A stretch of 44,476 nt of DNA from Candidatus Bipolaricaulota bacterium (GCA_036783095.1 DAIPXV010000002.1:1-44476); one strand, 5' to 3'. Shown: positions 26,202 to 35,744, counted from the first letter of the stretch. Notes: a model not told the origin generated them from the letters alone. Program-made: numbers and translations.

Positions 26202-27222
26202 GGAGAATGTAGAGATCTGAGCTGTTAATCCCCAGTTGCACCATGTCGCCCTCGCGGAAGGCTTGATCGAGGGAGAGCACTTTCACTATGAGAGTAGTGC
26301 CGCTCACATCGACGTGGAGCCAGAGGGCATCCCCGGCAAACTCCATCGCGATAATCTTCCCCGCTAGTATATGATCTGCCGATTGATTGAGGCGAATCCG
26401 CTCAGGTCGCACGAGCACGCGCTGGGCAGCTGCGCCCACGAGCTCCCCTGGGAGAATATTCCCCCGCCCGATGAAGCGCGCCACAAACTCCGTCGCCGGG
26501 GCGTTATAGACTTCTTGGGGCGTCCCGATCTGCTCCAGATGGGCGACGCTCATGACCGCGACGCGATCTGCAACAGCGAGGGCTTCTTCTTGATCATGGG
26601 TGACGTAGAGAGTCGTGATCGTAAGAGCTCTTTGGATTCTTTTGATCTCAAGGCGCAGGCGCTCGCGGAGCTTCGCGTCCAACGCGCTGAGGGGTTCATC
26701 CAGCAAGAGCACTCGTGGGTTGGGAGCGAGCGCGCGAGCGAGCGCCACCCGCTGCTGCTGCCCCGCGGACAGCTCCGAGGGCATGCGGCTCTCGAGCCCC
26801 GCAAGCCCCACGAGCTCCAGCAGCTCGCGCACCCGCCAGGCTTCGCCAGACTTCGTCTGGACTGTTCGCCTTTGCCGGCCATTGGCCGGCAAAGATATAC
26901 GGTCCAGGCGAAGCCTGGAAAACTTCAGCCCATAGGCGACGTTCTGAAAGACCGTCATGTGCGGGAAGAGCGCGTAATTCTGAAAGACTAAGCCGACCCC
27001 GCGCCGCTCCGGCGGCACCCCCAGCACGCTCTGTCCGTCAAAGAGAATATCTCCAGAATCTGGGGCATCAAAGCCCGCGATCAATCTCAACAGAGTTGTC
27101 TTGCCGCACCCGCTGGGACCCACGAGAGCGACCAACTCCCCGTCGCCCACCTCCAGCGAGATGTTTTCGAGAGCAATCGTCGCGCCAAATCGCTTGGTGA
27201 CATCTTTAACTGTGACGCGCAT
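26170..27222 (-). CDS. ABC importer ATP-binding protein (PotA/FbpC-type with a C-terminal TOBE-like domain); thiamine role inferred from the riboswitch
   Basis: Walker A GPSGCGKTT, LSAGQQQR and LLLLDEP. There is an extra ~15-aa segment (LDRISLPANGRQRRTVQTKSGEA) between the Q-loop region and the signature motif. Last gene of the riboswitch-led operon. Confidence 0.88.
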   Translation of the reverse strand: MRVTVKDVTKRFGATIALENISLEVGDGELVALVGPSGCGKTTLLRLIAGFDAPDSGDILFDGQSVLGVPPERRGVGLVFQNYALFPHMTVFQNVAYGLKFSRLRLDRISLPANGRQRRTVQTKSGEAWRVRELLELVGLAGLESRMPSELSAGQQQRVALARALAPNPRVLLLDEPLSALDAKLRERLRLEIKRIQRALTITTLYVTHDQEEALAVADRVAVMSVAHLEQIGTPQEVYNAPATEFVARFIGRGNILPGELVGAAAQRVLVRPERIRLNQSADHILAGKIIAMEFAGDALWLHVDVSGTTLIVKVLSLDQAFREGDMVQLGINSSDLYILPSDRRSPPTR

Positions 27223-27223
27223 A

Positions 27224-28927
27224 TCAAAATTTGAGGGCTCGCTCCCCCCAGCGCTCTAACAGTATAAACGCTATTGCCGAGACAGCAATCATCACGACGC
27301 TCATAGCGCTGGGAGCTCCTAAAGAGTGCTGGCTGAGAAATCTATACACAGCGACGGGCATAGTGTTGAGCCCCGGTCGGGCGAGCATCAGCGTGGCGCT
27401 CATCTCGCCTAAGCTGAGGGCGAATGCAAAGACCGCTCCAGCGATCAGCCCCGTAGCGACCAAGGGCAGCTCGATCTCGCGCAGCGCTCGCCAGCGCGAC
27501 GCCCCAAGACCACGGGCCATCTCCACAAGTCGTATGTCGAGATTCTCCAACACGGGCACGAGCGCCCGCACAATGAACGGAAAGATGATCACGGCGTGCG
27601 CAATGATCACCGCTGTCGCCGTGCCCACCAAGCGCAGCGGCGGCGCGTTAAACGCCCGCAGGAGCGCAAACGCTAGGACAATAGACGACGTGGCCAAGGG
27701 GGCCATCAAGAGCGTATCCAAGAGCCTCCGGCCGGCCCAGCGCAGTCGCGCGATCACATATGCGAAGATCAGCCCCAACGGCACAGCGATCGCTGTCGCC
27801 CCAAGCCCGAAGCTCAAGCTGTTCACAATCGCTCTCAAGGGGGAATCTCCCACAATCGCTTCGTAGTCTGGAGTGAAGATATACGAGTACCATCGGAGAG
27901 TCCAGTGCCCGCCCGTCGGCGTATCCACCCACAGCGAGTCAGCGACTATAGCTACTACCGGCCCGACAAAGATCAGCACGCTGACGAGCACATAGAGCCA
28001 CAGCAGGATCTTCGTTGGGTGCAGAAGGTCTCGCACCCCGGCAAAGAGCGGCACAGTGGGTCGTAGCTGAAGCTGTTCGGTCTGGCGCGCAAAGCTCCCC
28101 TGCACACGCAGATAGAGATACGTCACGGCAAGCGAGAGCACCAGCCCAACGAGTGCGAGCGCCGCACCAATCTTGTAATTCAAAAACTGGGGATCGAGGC
28201 GAGTGACCACCCTCGTATAGATTTCGACTTCGATCGTCGAGAATCGCCCGCCGCCCACAGATAAGACGATGGGAAAGCTCAGAAAACAGAAGATAAATAC
28301 TAGAGCCGCGCCGCTGAGCAGCCCCGGCAGGATCATGGGCAGAGTAATGTCTTTAAAGACAAAGAAGCGCGACGCCCCCAGTGCCCACGCGCTCTCTTCA
28401 TACCGTGGGTCTAAGCGTTCCCAAGCGGCGTGTACTGTGCGCGTGATGATCGGGGCGTTATAAAAAGCGTGCGCGAGCACGATCCCCGTCAACGAGTACA
28501 TAATGGGCAGGGGCGGCTCGCTCAGCCCAAAGAGATTCATCAAGAACTGATTGAGATAGCCATTGCGCCCAAAGAGCAACGCAAATCCCAGCGCAACTGT
28601 GATCGCCGGCAGCACGAAGGGCACGATCGTCAGCGCGCGCACGATCCGCTTCAGCGGGAAGTCGTAGTGCGTCAAGATATACGCGAGGGGCAGCCCCAAC
28701 GCAATGCTCGCTAGGGTACTCAGCGATGCTTGCCAGAGCGTAAAGAGAATAACATAGCGAAAATAGTCGTCTGTGAGGATTTGTCTGACAAACTCAAGCG
28801 AGAGAGTGCCATCTTTAGTAAGGCCTTCGCGCAATAGATTAGCGATGGGCCCGTAGAAGAAGACAACTAAAAAGAGTAGGGGGAGGGCGAGCAGCAGCTG
28901 CTCCCCTCCCCACCGACGCGTGCTCAT
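27224..28927 (-). CDS. two-domain ABC permease (ThiP/FbpB-like)
   Basis: 567-aa polytopic ORF with two tandem binding-protein-dependent permease modules. Confidence 0.85.
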   Translation of the reverse strand: MSTRRWGGEQLLLALPLLFLVVFFYGPIANLLREGLTKDGTLSLEFVRQILTDDYFRYVILFTLWQASLSTLASIALGLPLAYILTHYDFPLKRIVRALTIVPFVLPAITVALGFALLFGRNGYLNQFLMNLFGLSEPPLPIMYSLTGIVLAHAFYNAPIITRTVHAAWERLDPRYEESAWALGASRFFVFKDITLPMILPGLLSGAALVFIFCFLSFPIVLSVGGGRFSTIEVEIYTRVVTRLDPQFLNYKIGAALALVGLVLSLAVTYLYLRVQGSFARQTEQLQLRPTVPLFAGVRDLLHPTKILLWLYVLVSVLIFVGPVVAIVADSLWVDTPTGGHWTLRWYSYIFTPDYEAIVGDSPLRAIVNSLSFGLGATAIAVPLGLIFAYVIARLRWAGRRLLDTLLMAPLATSSIVLAFALLRAFNAPPLRLVGTATAVIIAHAVIIFPFIVRALVPVLENLDIRLVEMARGLGASRWRALREIELPLVATGLIAGAVFAFALSLGEMSATLMLARPGLNTMPVAVYRFLSQHSLGAPSAMSVVMIAVSAIAFILLERWGERALKF

Positions 28928-28930
28928 GAA

Positions 28931-29962
28931 CTACCGTCCCGTGATCACTAATCGAGCCCACTCATCGAGCCAGCGATCAGCGTTCTCTGCGACATAGCCG
29001 AGCGGGATCATGACGGGGGTGGATGGGATGACCGCACAAGTGCGCCACTTGTCGGGAAGCTTCGCTTGAGAGTTCGCTGGGAACATCACTTCGGCATCGG
29101 GCAGCTTCTCTTGCACTGCAACCGAGAGCAAGAAATTTATAAACTCTCGCGCGAGCTTGGGGTTGTCCGTGCCCTTGATGACGCTCGCCCCAAAGATCGT
29201 GCGATACCCTTGGGAGTTGAGCAGGAGCGGCTTGTAGCGCGCGTCGAAGCACTCATCCGTAGAGAAGCTCACGACCATCGGAGCTTCGCCCTTGGTGAAG
29301 AGCTTGTACGCGGCGCTCCAGCCCGGCTGGATCGTCAAGATCGAGGGCAGCAATCTCCTCCAGTAGTCGAGATATTTGCCCTCTCCATAATTATAGATCG
29401 TCCAGAACAAGAACGACTGGCCCACGCTGGAAGTGAGGGCGTTCTGCACGATGAGCTTCTTTTGGTACTGGGGCTTGGTAAGGTCTTCAAATGTCCTGGG
29501 CAGCTCTTCGGGCTTGAGCTTCGTGCTGTCATAGACGAGCGTGATGAAGCCGTGCTCGTAAGGCACGATCGTGAGATCGGGGTCGAGCAACAACTCTTGA
29601 GGGACGAATTGGAGATTAGGGATCTCTTCGGCTTTGAGTGGCGTGAAGAGCCCGAACTTCTTCGCTCGAGGGACGTCGTTGACTTCACCAAGGAAGAGAT
29701 CAGCGGGGGTGCCTCCGGAGATTATCTCGTTGACCAGGCGCGCGAACATCGCGCGGCTCGGTCCGGTGGCGACGAACTCGACTTCGAGGCCAGGATGTTG
29801 CTTCTCAAACTCGGTCTTGATGAACTTCGCCGGTCCCCACGCGACGAAGCTCTCGTACGTATAGACGACGAGCTTAGAGCCTTCGCCGACCTGGGCAAAA
29901 GAGCCTCCCCAGGCCAGCCCCAATCCGATGCACAGCGCGACGAGTGCTGCGCGACGCAGCAT
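28931..29962 (-). CDS. periplasmic substrate-binding protein (ThiB/FbpA-like)
   Basis: Trimmed to the ATG at 29962 (MLRRAALVALCIGLGLAWGGSFAQ signal peptide), preceded by AAGGAGGG (29976-29969). First gene after the TPP riboswitch. Confidence 0.85.
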   Translation of the reverse strand: MLRRAALVALCIGLGLAWGGSFAQVGEGSKLVVYTYESFVAWGPAKFIKTEFEKQHPGLEVEFVATGPSRAMFARLVNEIISGGTPADLFLGEVNDVPRAKKFGLFTPLKAEEIPNLQFVPQELLLDPDLTIVPYEHGFITLVYDSTKLKPEELPRTFEDLTKPQYQKKLIVQNALTSSVGQSFLFWTIYNYGEGKYLDYWRRLLPSILTIQPGWSAAYKLFTKGEAPMVVSFSTDECFDARYKPLLLNSQGYRTIFGASVIKGTDNPKLAREFINFLLSVAVQEKLPDAEVMFPANSQAKLPDKWRTCAVIPSTPVMIPLGYVAENADRWLDEWARLVITGR

Positions 29963-29989
29963 AGTGATCCCTCCTTCAAAGTTTGTCGG

Positions 29990-30100
29990 AGAGATCTCGG
30001 GAGGACGCTGAAGGTTCCCTACGCCGGTATTACCCGGATCAGGTTCCAAGGGTCGGTCTCAGAGTAGAGACCCTCTCAGCCCGGTTCCCCGAGCTCCCCT
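29990..30100 (-). promoter_or_regulatory. TPP (THI-box) riboswitch
   Basis: The minus strand reads CUCGGGGAACCGGGCUGAGAGGGUCUCUACUCUGAGACCGACCCUUGGAACCUGAUCCGGGUAAUACCGGCGUAGGGAACC...CCUCCCGAG. It contains the invariant CUGAGA and ACCUGAUC-GG-UAAU-CC-GCGUAGGGAA blocks. P1 is formed by CUCGGG (30093-30088) pairing with CCCGAG (30001-29996). Confidence 0.92.
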
Positions 30101-30110
30101 ATGCACACAG

Positions 30111-30139
30111 AGTATAGAGATTTATATGGGTTCTGTCAA
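30111..30139 (-). promoter_or_regulatory. candidate promoter of the riboswitch operon (TTGACA-17-TATACT)
   Basis: On the minus strand, TTGACA is at 30139-30134 and contains the TGA stop of the upstream ATPase gene. A 17-nt spacer and TATACT at 30116-30111 follow. Confidence 0.6.
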
Positions 30140-30873
30140 GGGGAGCGCAGGGTGCGCAGGAGCTCGGCCTTCAGATGGACAAAATCTGGGTGGGTCGGAT
30201 CGCGCGGACGCGGCAGAGAGACAGTCATTATAGCCTTGACGCGCGCCGGGCGCTCGGAGAGCACATAGATTCTGTCAGCAAGCTTGAGGGCCTCCTCGAC
30301 GTCATGGGTGACAAAGAGCGTTGTCTGGGGAGACTTCTCCCAAGCTCTCAGGAGCCATTCGAGCAGTTCCGCTCGGGTGAGGGCGTCGAGCGCCCCGAAG
30401 GGTTCATCAAGCAAGAGAATCTCTCTATGGGAGAGGAGCGTACGGATGAGCGCGACACGCTGGCGCATCCCCGCGGAGAGCTGCACTGGGTATGTGTCTT
30501 CAAAGCCAGCCAGCCCGAATTCTTCAAAGAGCTGTCGCGCGTAAGCTTCGGCTCTTCTGAGGTCTTCCCCAGCGATCTCTGGGCCAAGCAGAGCATTTTT
30601 CAGCGCGGTGCGCCAAGGCAAGAGCAAATCTTTCTGCTGCATGTAAGCGACGTGGGATCGAGCGTTCGGCACGGGGACATCGTTCAGATAGATCGCTCCA
30701 AAATCCGGAGGAACTAACCCGGCGATGATGTGCAAGAGCGTGGTCTTGCCGCAGCCGCTGGGGCCAATGAGCGCGATCAGTTCAGCAGAGCGAGCCTCGA
30801 TGCTCACACCGTCGAGCACCAACAGTGCACCAAAGCTCTTTGTGATATTACTGAGCTTAATGTGCGCGGGCAT
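30136..30873 (-). CDS. ABC ATP-binding protein of the nitrate/sulfonate/taurine (NitT/TauT) type, with no adjacent permease or binding protein
   Basis: GPSGCGKTTLLHIIAG, YMQQKDLLLPWRTALKNALLG, LSAGMRQR, LLLDEP. Confidence 0.85.
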   Translation of the reverse strand: MPAHIKLSNITKSFGALLVLDGVSIEARSAELIALIGPSGCGKTTLLHIIAGLVPPDFGAIYLNDVPVPNARSHVAYMQQKDLLLPWRTALKNALLGPEIAGEDLRRAEAYARQLFEEFGLAGFEDTYPVQLSAGMRQRVALIRTLLSHREILLLDEPFGALDALTRAELLEWLLRAWEKSPQTTLFVTHDVEEALKLADRIYVLSERPARVKAIMTVSLPRPRDPTHPDFVHLKAELLRTLRSP

Positions 30874-30910
30874 CTCTTCTCTCTCTATCTTACAGCGCTG
30901 ACGCTGACAC

Positions 30911-31342
30911 TCAGCGAGGGCCTTTGTGAGTCTCCATCAAGCGCACACCCGCTAAGATAATGAGCACGATCACCGTTGAGATCACCGCAAGCAGATATTC
31001 TCCGACTCCGGCGGCCATCCCGATGGCCGCGACAGCCCATAGCCCCGCTGCGGTCGTCAGCCCGCGCACCACTTCGCCCTCACGGAAGATCGTACCCGCA
31101 CCTAAAAAACCGATCCCTACGGCAATGTTCGCCGCTAACCGCCCAGGGTCCGCGTTCGGCCCAAACGCTGTGACCGACAGAACTGTGAACAACGCCGCCC
31201 CAAACGCCACGAGCATATACGTCCTCAGTCCCGCAGGGCGTTGCGCCCGCTCCCGCTCCCACCCCACCAGCGCCCCTAGCAGCGCCGCCACGACCAACCG
31301 CACCGATAACTCCCAGTTCAGATCCATAAGAGTGATTTTCAC
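30911..31342 (-). CDS. mgtC: MgtC/SapB family membrane protein
   Basis: RLVVAALLGALVGWERERAQRPAGLRTYMLVAFGAALFT. The tracked start is a GTG at 31342, and the ATG at 31327 (MDLNWE...) is an alternative. Confidence 0.85.
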   Translation of the reverse strand: MKITLMDLNWELSVRLVVAALLGALVGWERERAQRPAGLRTYMLVAFGAALFTVLSVTAFGPNADPGRLAANIAVGIGFLGAGTIFREGEVVRGLTTAAGLWAVAAIGMAAGVGEYLLAVISTVIVLIILAGVRLMETHKGPR

Positions 31343-31412
31343 CCCAATTCCATTCCCTTGTCAAGCCCTTTCAGGTAGAATGGACTGAGCCCATGCGCGC
31401 ACGCCGGCTTCT

Positions 31413-32180
31413 CTACGGGATGATCGCGTTGGTCCTGCTCGCCATCGTCCTCATCTTTATAGGGATATTCTTATGGTCCGGGTGTGGCATCTGGCGCATC
31501 CCCTGTTGAGCCCATCTCACTGCTGTTTGAGCTAAGATATCCAGCGCATCATAGATCGGCCCTGGGAAATCATCTGGGCCGACTACGATCGAGAGCTCCG
31601 TACAGCCCACAATCAGGGCTTGGGCACCGCGTGCGCGCAAGCCATACGCGATCGCACCCAGATCGCGCTGCATCTCCCCATCGAACACGCCACCTTTGAT
31701 CGCGTAGATGATCTCCATAATACGAACCTGATCATCTGGGAGGGGCGTCAGGACTTCTACCCCGTAGGGGGCACACGCGTCGTGATAGAGTCGGGTTCGG
31801 ACCGTCGTCTCCGTAGCGAGCAGCCCCACGCGAGGCTCGGTGATGACGCTGGCCGTCTCGGCAATCATATCTATAAATGGGATGCGCACGGATTTTCTCA
31901 AATAGGGCAAGAAGAAGTGAGCCGTGTTACAGGGCATAGCGATGAAGCTCGCGCCCATTCTCTCTAGCTTCCTCGCGCTGCGGCAGAGAGCCGGGCGTGG
32001 GTCGGGGCCCCCATTCAAAATAAACGGCCCACGGTCGGGAATCTTGGGGTTATTATCAATCACAATGGGAATGTGATCCTGATCACAGTGTGCGGGCGTG
32101 TACGCGACGATGCGCCGAAAGAGCTCGACTGTTGCTGCTGGACCCATGCCCCCTAAGATCCCAATGATCGTAGTATCCAT
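31413..32180 (-). CDS. aspartate racemase family protein (Asp/Glu/hydantoin racemase superfamily)
   Basis: IGILGGMGPAATVELFRRIV, the first catalytic Cys context IAMPCNTAHFF, and the second GCTELS. Confidence 0.8.
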   Translation of the reverse strand: MDTTIIGILGGMGPAATVELFRRIVAYTPAHCDQDHIPIVIDNNPKIPDRGPFILNGGPDPRPALCRSARKLERMGASFIAMPCNTAHFFLPYLRKSVRIPFIDMIAETASVITEPRVGLLATETTVRTRLYHDACAPYGVEVLTPLPDDQVRIMEIIYAIKGGVFDGEMQRDLGAIAYGLRARGAQALIVGCTELSIVVGPDDFPGPIYDALDILAQTAVRWAQQGMRQMPHPDHKNIPIKMRTMASRTNAIIP

Positions 32181-32274
32181 GTGGAGCTGATTCTACTGGG
32201 AGCCTAACAGCCCACAGGAGACAGGCGTCCACAACAGTTAGGGAGTTGGTCTTGTAGACGAGGGTCGTACTCTC

Positions 32275-32303
32275 TTGGTGAAAGTTGCTGAAGGGCGTAT
32301 ACT
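32275..32303 (+). promoter_or_regulatory. candidate alr promoter TTGGTG-17-TATACT, 9 nt from the ATG
   Basis: Hexamers at 32275-32280 and 32298-32303. There is no SD before the ATG at 32313. Confidence 0.4.
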
Positions 32304-32312
32304 CTGAGTGCT

Positions 32313-33440
32313 ATGCGCCCATGCATGGGGGAAGCATTGATAGATCTGAAGCAGCTTGCGCGCAATATCGCGACGGTGCGTGCGCGCGTTGGGGAGCGCA
32401 TAAAGATCCTCTTCCCTGTGAAGGCTGATGCTTATGGGCATGGGGCGGTCGCTGTCGCCCAAGCTGCAGAGAGAGCCGGCGTGGACTACTTTGGCGTTGC
32501 TAATATTGCCGAAGCGCAAGAGCTGCGTGCGGCTGGGATCAAAACCCCCATTCTCATTCTCGCTTCCTCGAGGATCGCCCATATCGCGGAGTTGGTACGC
32601 ACCGACGTCGACATCACTATATCGAGCTTAGAGTTCGCTCAAGCGCTCGCTGCCGAAGCGCAGCGTCAGGGGCGCAGAGTGCGGATCCAAGTGAAAGTGG
32701 ACACGGGGATGGGGCGCAACGGCGCGCTTCCCAAGGATGCCCTCCAGATCTGTCGCGCCCTCGCCCAGATGCCCCATCTCGAATGTACTGGGATCTTCTC
32801 CCACTTCGCGTGCTCCTACAGCGAGAAGCCCGAAGACCAAGAGTTTACTCGCAAGCAGATCGCTCTCTTCAACGAGCTTCTCGCACAGCTTGACCGAGAG
32901 AAGATTCTGCCCCCCTTGCGGCACATCGCTAACAGTTCGGGATTCGTTCAGTACGAAAGCGACGTGACCACCGGCTATTATAATATGATCCGCACGGGGA
33001 TCTTGCTCTACGGGTATCCGGAAGTCCGTCGCCCCTGGACGGAGCCCATCAAGCCCATCTTAAGAGTGCGCAGCTGGATCGTCACGGAGAACAAGCTCCC
33101 CGCGGGGAGCTTCATCGGCTACGGGCGACGCTTCCAAACGCAGCGCCCTTCACGTATCGTCACGATCCCGGTGGGCTATGCTGATGGAGTGATTTGGCTC
33201 TTGGCCAACGTTGGCGAAGTTGTGATTCACGGCAAGCGCGCGCCTATGGTGGGCGCGATCTCCATGGACCAAATCACGGTGGACGTGACTGATATCCCCG
33301 AAGCCAAAGTCGGTGATGAGGTCGAACTCATCGGCCCTCAGATGACGGCGGAAGAGATCGCGCGCAAGATCGGGGCCAACTTTACGGAAGTTGTGCTCAC
33401 GGCGCTCTCTAAGAGGGTCGCGCGGGTCTATATCGAATAA
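32313..33440 (+). CDS. alr: alanine racemase
   Basis: The PLP-lysine motif VKADAYGHGAV, plus ...GYGRRF..., PVGYADG and SMDQITVDV. Confidence 0.92.
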   Translation: MRPCMGEALIDLKQLARNIATVRARVGERIKILFPVKADAYGHGAVAVAQAAERAGVDYFGVANIAEAQELRAAGIKTPILILASSRIAHIAELVRTDVDITISSLEFAQALAAEAQRQGRRVRIQVKVDTGMGRNGALPKDALQICRALAQMPHLECTGIFSHFACSYSEKPEDQEFTRKQIALFNELLAQLDREKILPPLRHIANSSGFVQYESDVTTGYYNMIRTGILLYGYPEVRRPWTEPIKPILRVRSWIVTENKLPAGSFIGYGRRFQTQRPSRIVTIPVGYADGVIWLLANVGEVVIHGKRAPMVGAISMDQITVDVTDIPEAKVGDEVELIGPQMTAEEIARKIGANFTEVVLTALSKRVARVYIE

Positions 33441-33486
33441 ATCCCTCCTTGCACAAGATCGCACGCGCTCCTACAATGATACAGCT

Positions 33487-34278
33487 ATGGCGCTCATAAC
33501 GCTGCTCAGCGATTTTGGCTCGGCGTCGGGGTATCCGTCCGCGATGAAGGGCGTGATTCTCTCGCTCTGCCCCTCCGCCCAGATCGTTGATATCAGCCAC
33601 GACGTGGAGCGTCATCACATTCGGGCTGGGGCGTTTCTGCTCTGGATGGTCGCGCCCTATTTCCCAGAAAAGACTGTGCACTGCGCAGTAGTGGACCCTG
33701 GGGTAGGGACAACGCGCCGCCCCTTAGCAATAGAATCGGGAGGGCAGCTCTTCGTCGGCCCAGACAATGGGCTGCTCATCCCTGCAGCCGAGCGCCTTGG
33801 GGAACCGAAAGTCTATCATATCCAGAACGAGAAGTACTTTCGAGCGAAGGTCTCACGGACATTTCACGGGAGGGATATCTTCGCCCCGGTCGCAGCTCAT
33901 ATAGCGCTAGGACTCCCTCTCCACGAGCTTGGCCCGCAGATCACAGATTTTATCAAGCTCTCGTTTGGAGAGGGCGTGCGCCGCGGGCGGGTCCTTGAGG
34001 GCGAGATCATCTATATTGACGCCTTCGGCAACGTGATCACGAATATCTCTGGGAAGCTGCTTGAGGGGATCACTCCCGGCACGATGCTCGTGGTTGAGGT
34101 CTCCCGAAAAGTCGCTTCTGCGCGCGCTGTCCAAACCTACGCCGAGGGCGAACAGGGCGAACTGATTGTCACCGTGGGCAGCCATGGCCAAGTCGAGATC
34201 GCTATGAATCTTGGGAGTGCCGCCGCACGATTGCGCGCCCATGTGGGTGAGACAGTGCTCATTACCCCAAAGGTATGA
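33487..34278 (+). CDS. S-adenosyl-L-methionine hydroxide adenosyltransferase family protein (DUF62; chlorinase/fluorinase-like fold)
   Basis: ITLLSDFGSASGYPSAMKGVI...IVDISHDV...VVDPGVGTTRRP...VGPDNGLL...FHGRDIFAPVAA. Trimmed to the ATG at 33487. Confidence 0.85.
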   Translation: MALITLLSDFGSASGYPSAMKGVILSLCPSAQIVDISHDVERHHIRAGAFLLWMVAPYFPEKTVHCAVVDPGVGTTRRPLAIESGGQLFVGPDNGLLIPAAERLGEPKVYHIQNEKYFRAKVSRTFHGRDIFAPVAAHIALGLPLHELGPQITDFIKLSFGEGVRRGRVLEGEIIYIDAFGNVITNISGKLLEGITPGTMLVVEVSRKVASARAVQTYAEGEQGELIVTVGSHGQVEIAMNLGSAAARLRAHVGETVLITPKV

Positions 34279-35699
34279 CCATAGACACAGAGAGAATCTT
34301 TCAAGAGCACCCCTTCGCCCGCACGATCTTAGAGAGATTGCATGAAGCGGGCTTTGAAGCCGTCATGGTCGGAGGAGTCGTGCGTGACGCCCTGCGCGCG
34401 CAGTTCGACAGCGACTATGAGTTCATACCCGAGGAAGTAGACATCGCTACGGCAGCTCCTCCCGATGAGATCAAAAAGATCTTTCGAGACTTTCGCATCT
34501 TGGAGGTGGGCGAAGCGTTTGGCGTCGTGCTCGTGCTCGCCCCCGACGGGCGCTCCTACGAAGTTGCGACATTTCGCACGGAGGGCGAGTACGACGGACG
34601 TTGGCCCGCAACAGTGAAGCTTGTGCGCTCCCTCGACGAAGACCTCCAGCGCCGCGATCTGACCGTAAACGGCCTGGCGGCTACTCTTGATGGGACCGTC
34701 ATTGACCGCGTGGGTGGGGTCGAAGACCTCAAGGCGAAAGTCATTCGGACTATTGGTGATCCCAACAAGCGCTTCTCTGAAGATTATTTGAGAATCTTGC
34801 GGGCGATCCGCTTCGCGTGTGTGCTTGACGGGACGATCCTCCCCGAAGTCAGCGAGGCCATGCGCCGCCATCGTGAGGGGTTAAAGAAGATCTCGGCTGA
34901 GCGCATCCGCGATGAGCTGCTGCGAATTCTTGCGACACCCCGCGCGGCGCGAGGGATAGAGCTTCTTGACGAGCACGGCATCTTAGAGCTTATCTTACCG
35001 GAGCTTGCCCAGTGCAAGGGGGTGCCCCAGCCCGAAAAGTACCATCCTGAGGGCGACGTCTACACCCACACGCTCCTAGCTCTTCGATGCGCTGACAAGA
35101 TCCTGCGCGATCCACTAGTGAAGTTCGCTCTCTTAGTCCACGACGTGGGCAAGCCCATTGCACTACAGAGAAATAACTATGAGCACGCCGGGGGCCACGA
35201 GGTGATCGGCGAGCAGATGGCAGAAAGGATCTGTCGTCGGCTGCGTTTCAGCACCGAGGAGATCAGACTGATAAAATTCTTGGTGCGGGAGCACCTGCGC
35301 ATCGGAAAATTCCCTGAGATGAGCCCTGGCAGGCGCGCGACGCTCCTGAAGACGCACGAGAACCCCAGCGCCCCCTTCGAACGCCCCGCGGAGCGCTTCC
35401 CATTCTTTGCTAAGCTCTTAAAGCTTATGATCTGTGACTGTGAGGCCAGCGCGCATAGATCATCAGGGTGGCTCCCGGTCGCCCAAGAGTTTCCTCCGCT
35501 ACTCGTGCGCTTGAGGGATCTTGCGGAGCGCGAGCGCGCGCGCAAGCTCCTCGATGGCCATGACTTAATTGAGATGGGGCTTGGCCCTGGCCCGCGCATC
35601 AGAGAGATCCTCGATGCTGTTTATGAGCAGATCTTCTCCGGGAGGATCACGACGCGCGAGGAAGCGCTCGCCTTGGCCCACAAGCTCCTCCAAAAGTGA
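34275..35699 (+). CDS. cca: CCA-adding tRNA nucleotidyltransferase with HD domain
   Basis: VGGVVRDAL, DIAT, RRDLTVNGLA and the HD motif LLVHDVGKP. ATGA overlap with the preceding gene. Confidence 0.86.
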   Translation: MTIDTERIFQEHPFARTILERLHEAGFEAVMVGGVVRDALRAQFDSDYEFIPEEVDIATAAPPDEIKKIFRDFRILEVGEAFGVVLVLAPDGRSYEVATFRTEGEYDGRWPATVKLVRSLDEDLQRRDLTVNGLAATLDGTVIDRVGGVEDLKAKVIRTIGDPNKRFSEDYLRILRAIRFACVLDGTILPEVSEAMRRHREGLKKISAERIRDELLRILATPRAARGIELLDEHGILELILPELAQCKGVPQPEKYHPEGDVYTHTLLALRCADKILRDPLVKFALLVHDVGKPIALQRNNYEHAGGHEVIGEQMAERICRRLRFSTEEIRLIKFLVREHLRIGKFPEMSPGRRATLLKTHENPSAPFERPAERFPFFAKLLKLMICDCEASAHRSSGWLPVAQEFPPLLVRLRDLAERERARKLLDGHDLIEMGLGPGPRIREILDAVYEQIFSGRITTREEALALAHKLLQK

Positions 35700-35709
35700 G
35701 CGACATCAC

Positions 35710-35737
35710 TTGAAGCCCCCTGCCCATGTGATATAAT
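35710..35737 (+). promoter_or_regulatory. orphan plus-strand promoter TTGAAG-16-TGaTATAAT (extended -10)
   Basis: TTGAAG at 35710-35715, TG at 35729-35730 and TATAAT at 35732-35737. The next credible plus-strand gene is more than 3 kb downstream. Confidence 0.45.
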
Positions 35738-35744
35738 GAACATG

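Noticed and set aside
26700-26900. ~15-aa insertion in the ABC ATPase between the Q-loop and the signature motif
   Set aside because: It is real in the translation. However, loop insertions in this helical subdomain are common and I have no evidence of functional significance.
29066-30067. 333-aa plus-strand ORF
   Set aside because: It is entirely antisense to the well-supported binding-protein gene and the TPP riboswitch. Its R/L/E-rich composition is typical of shadow frames in GC-rich DNA, and it has no RBS or motif.
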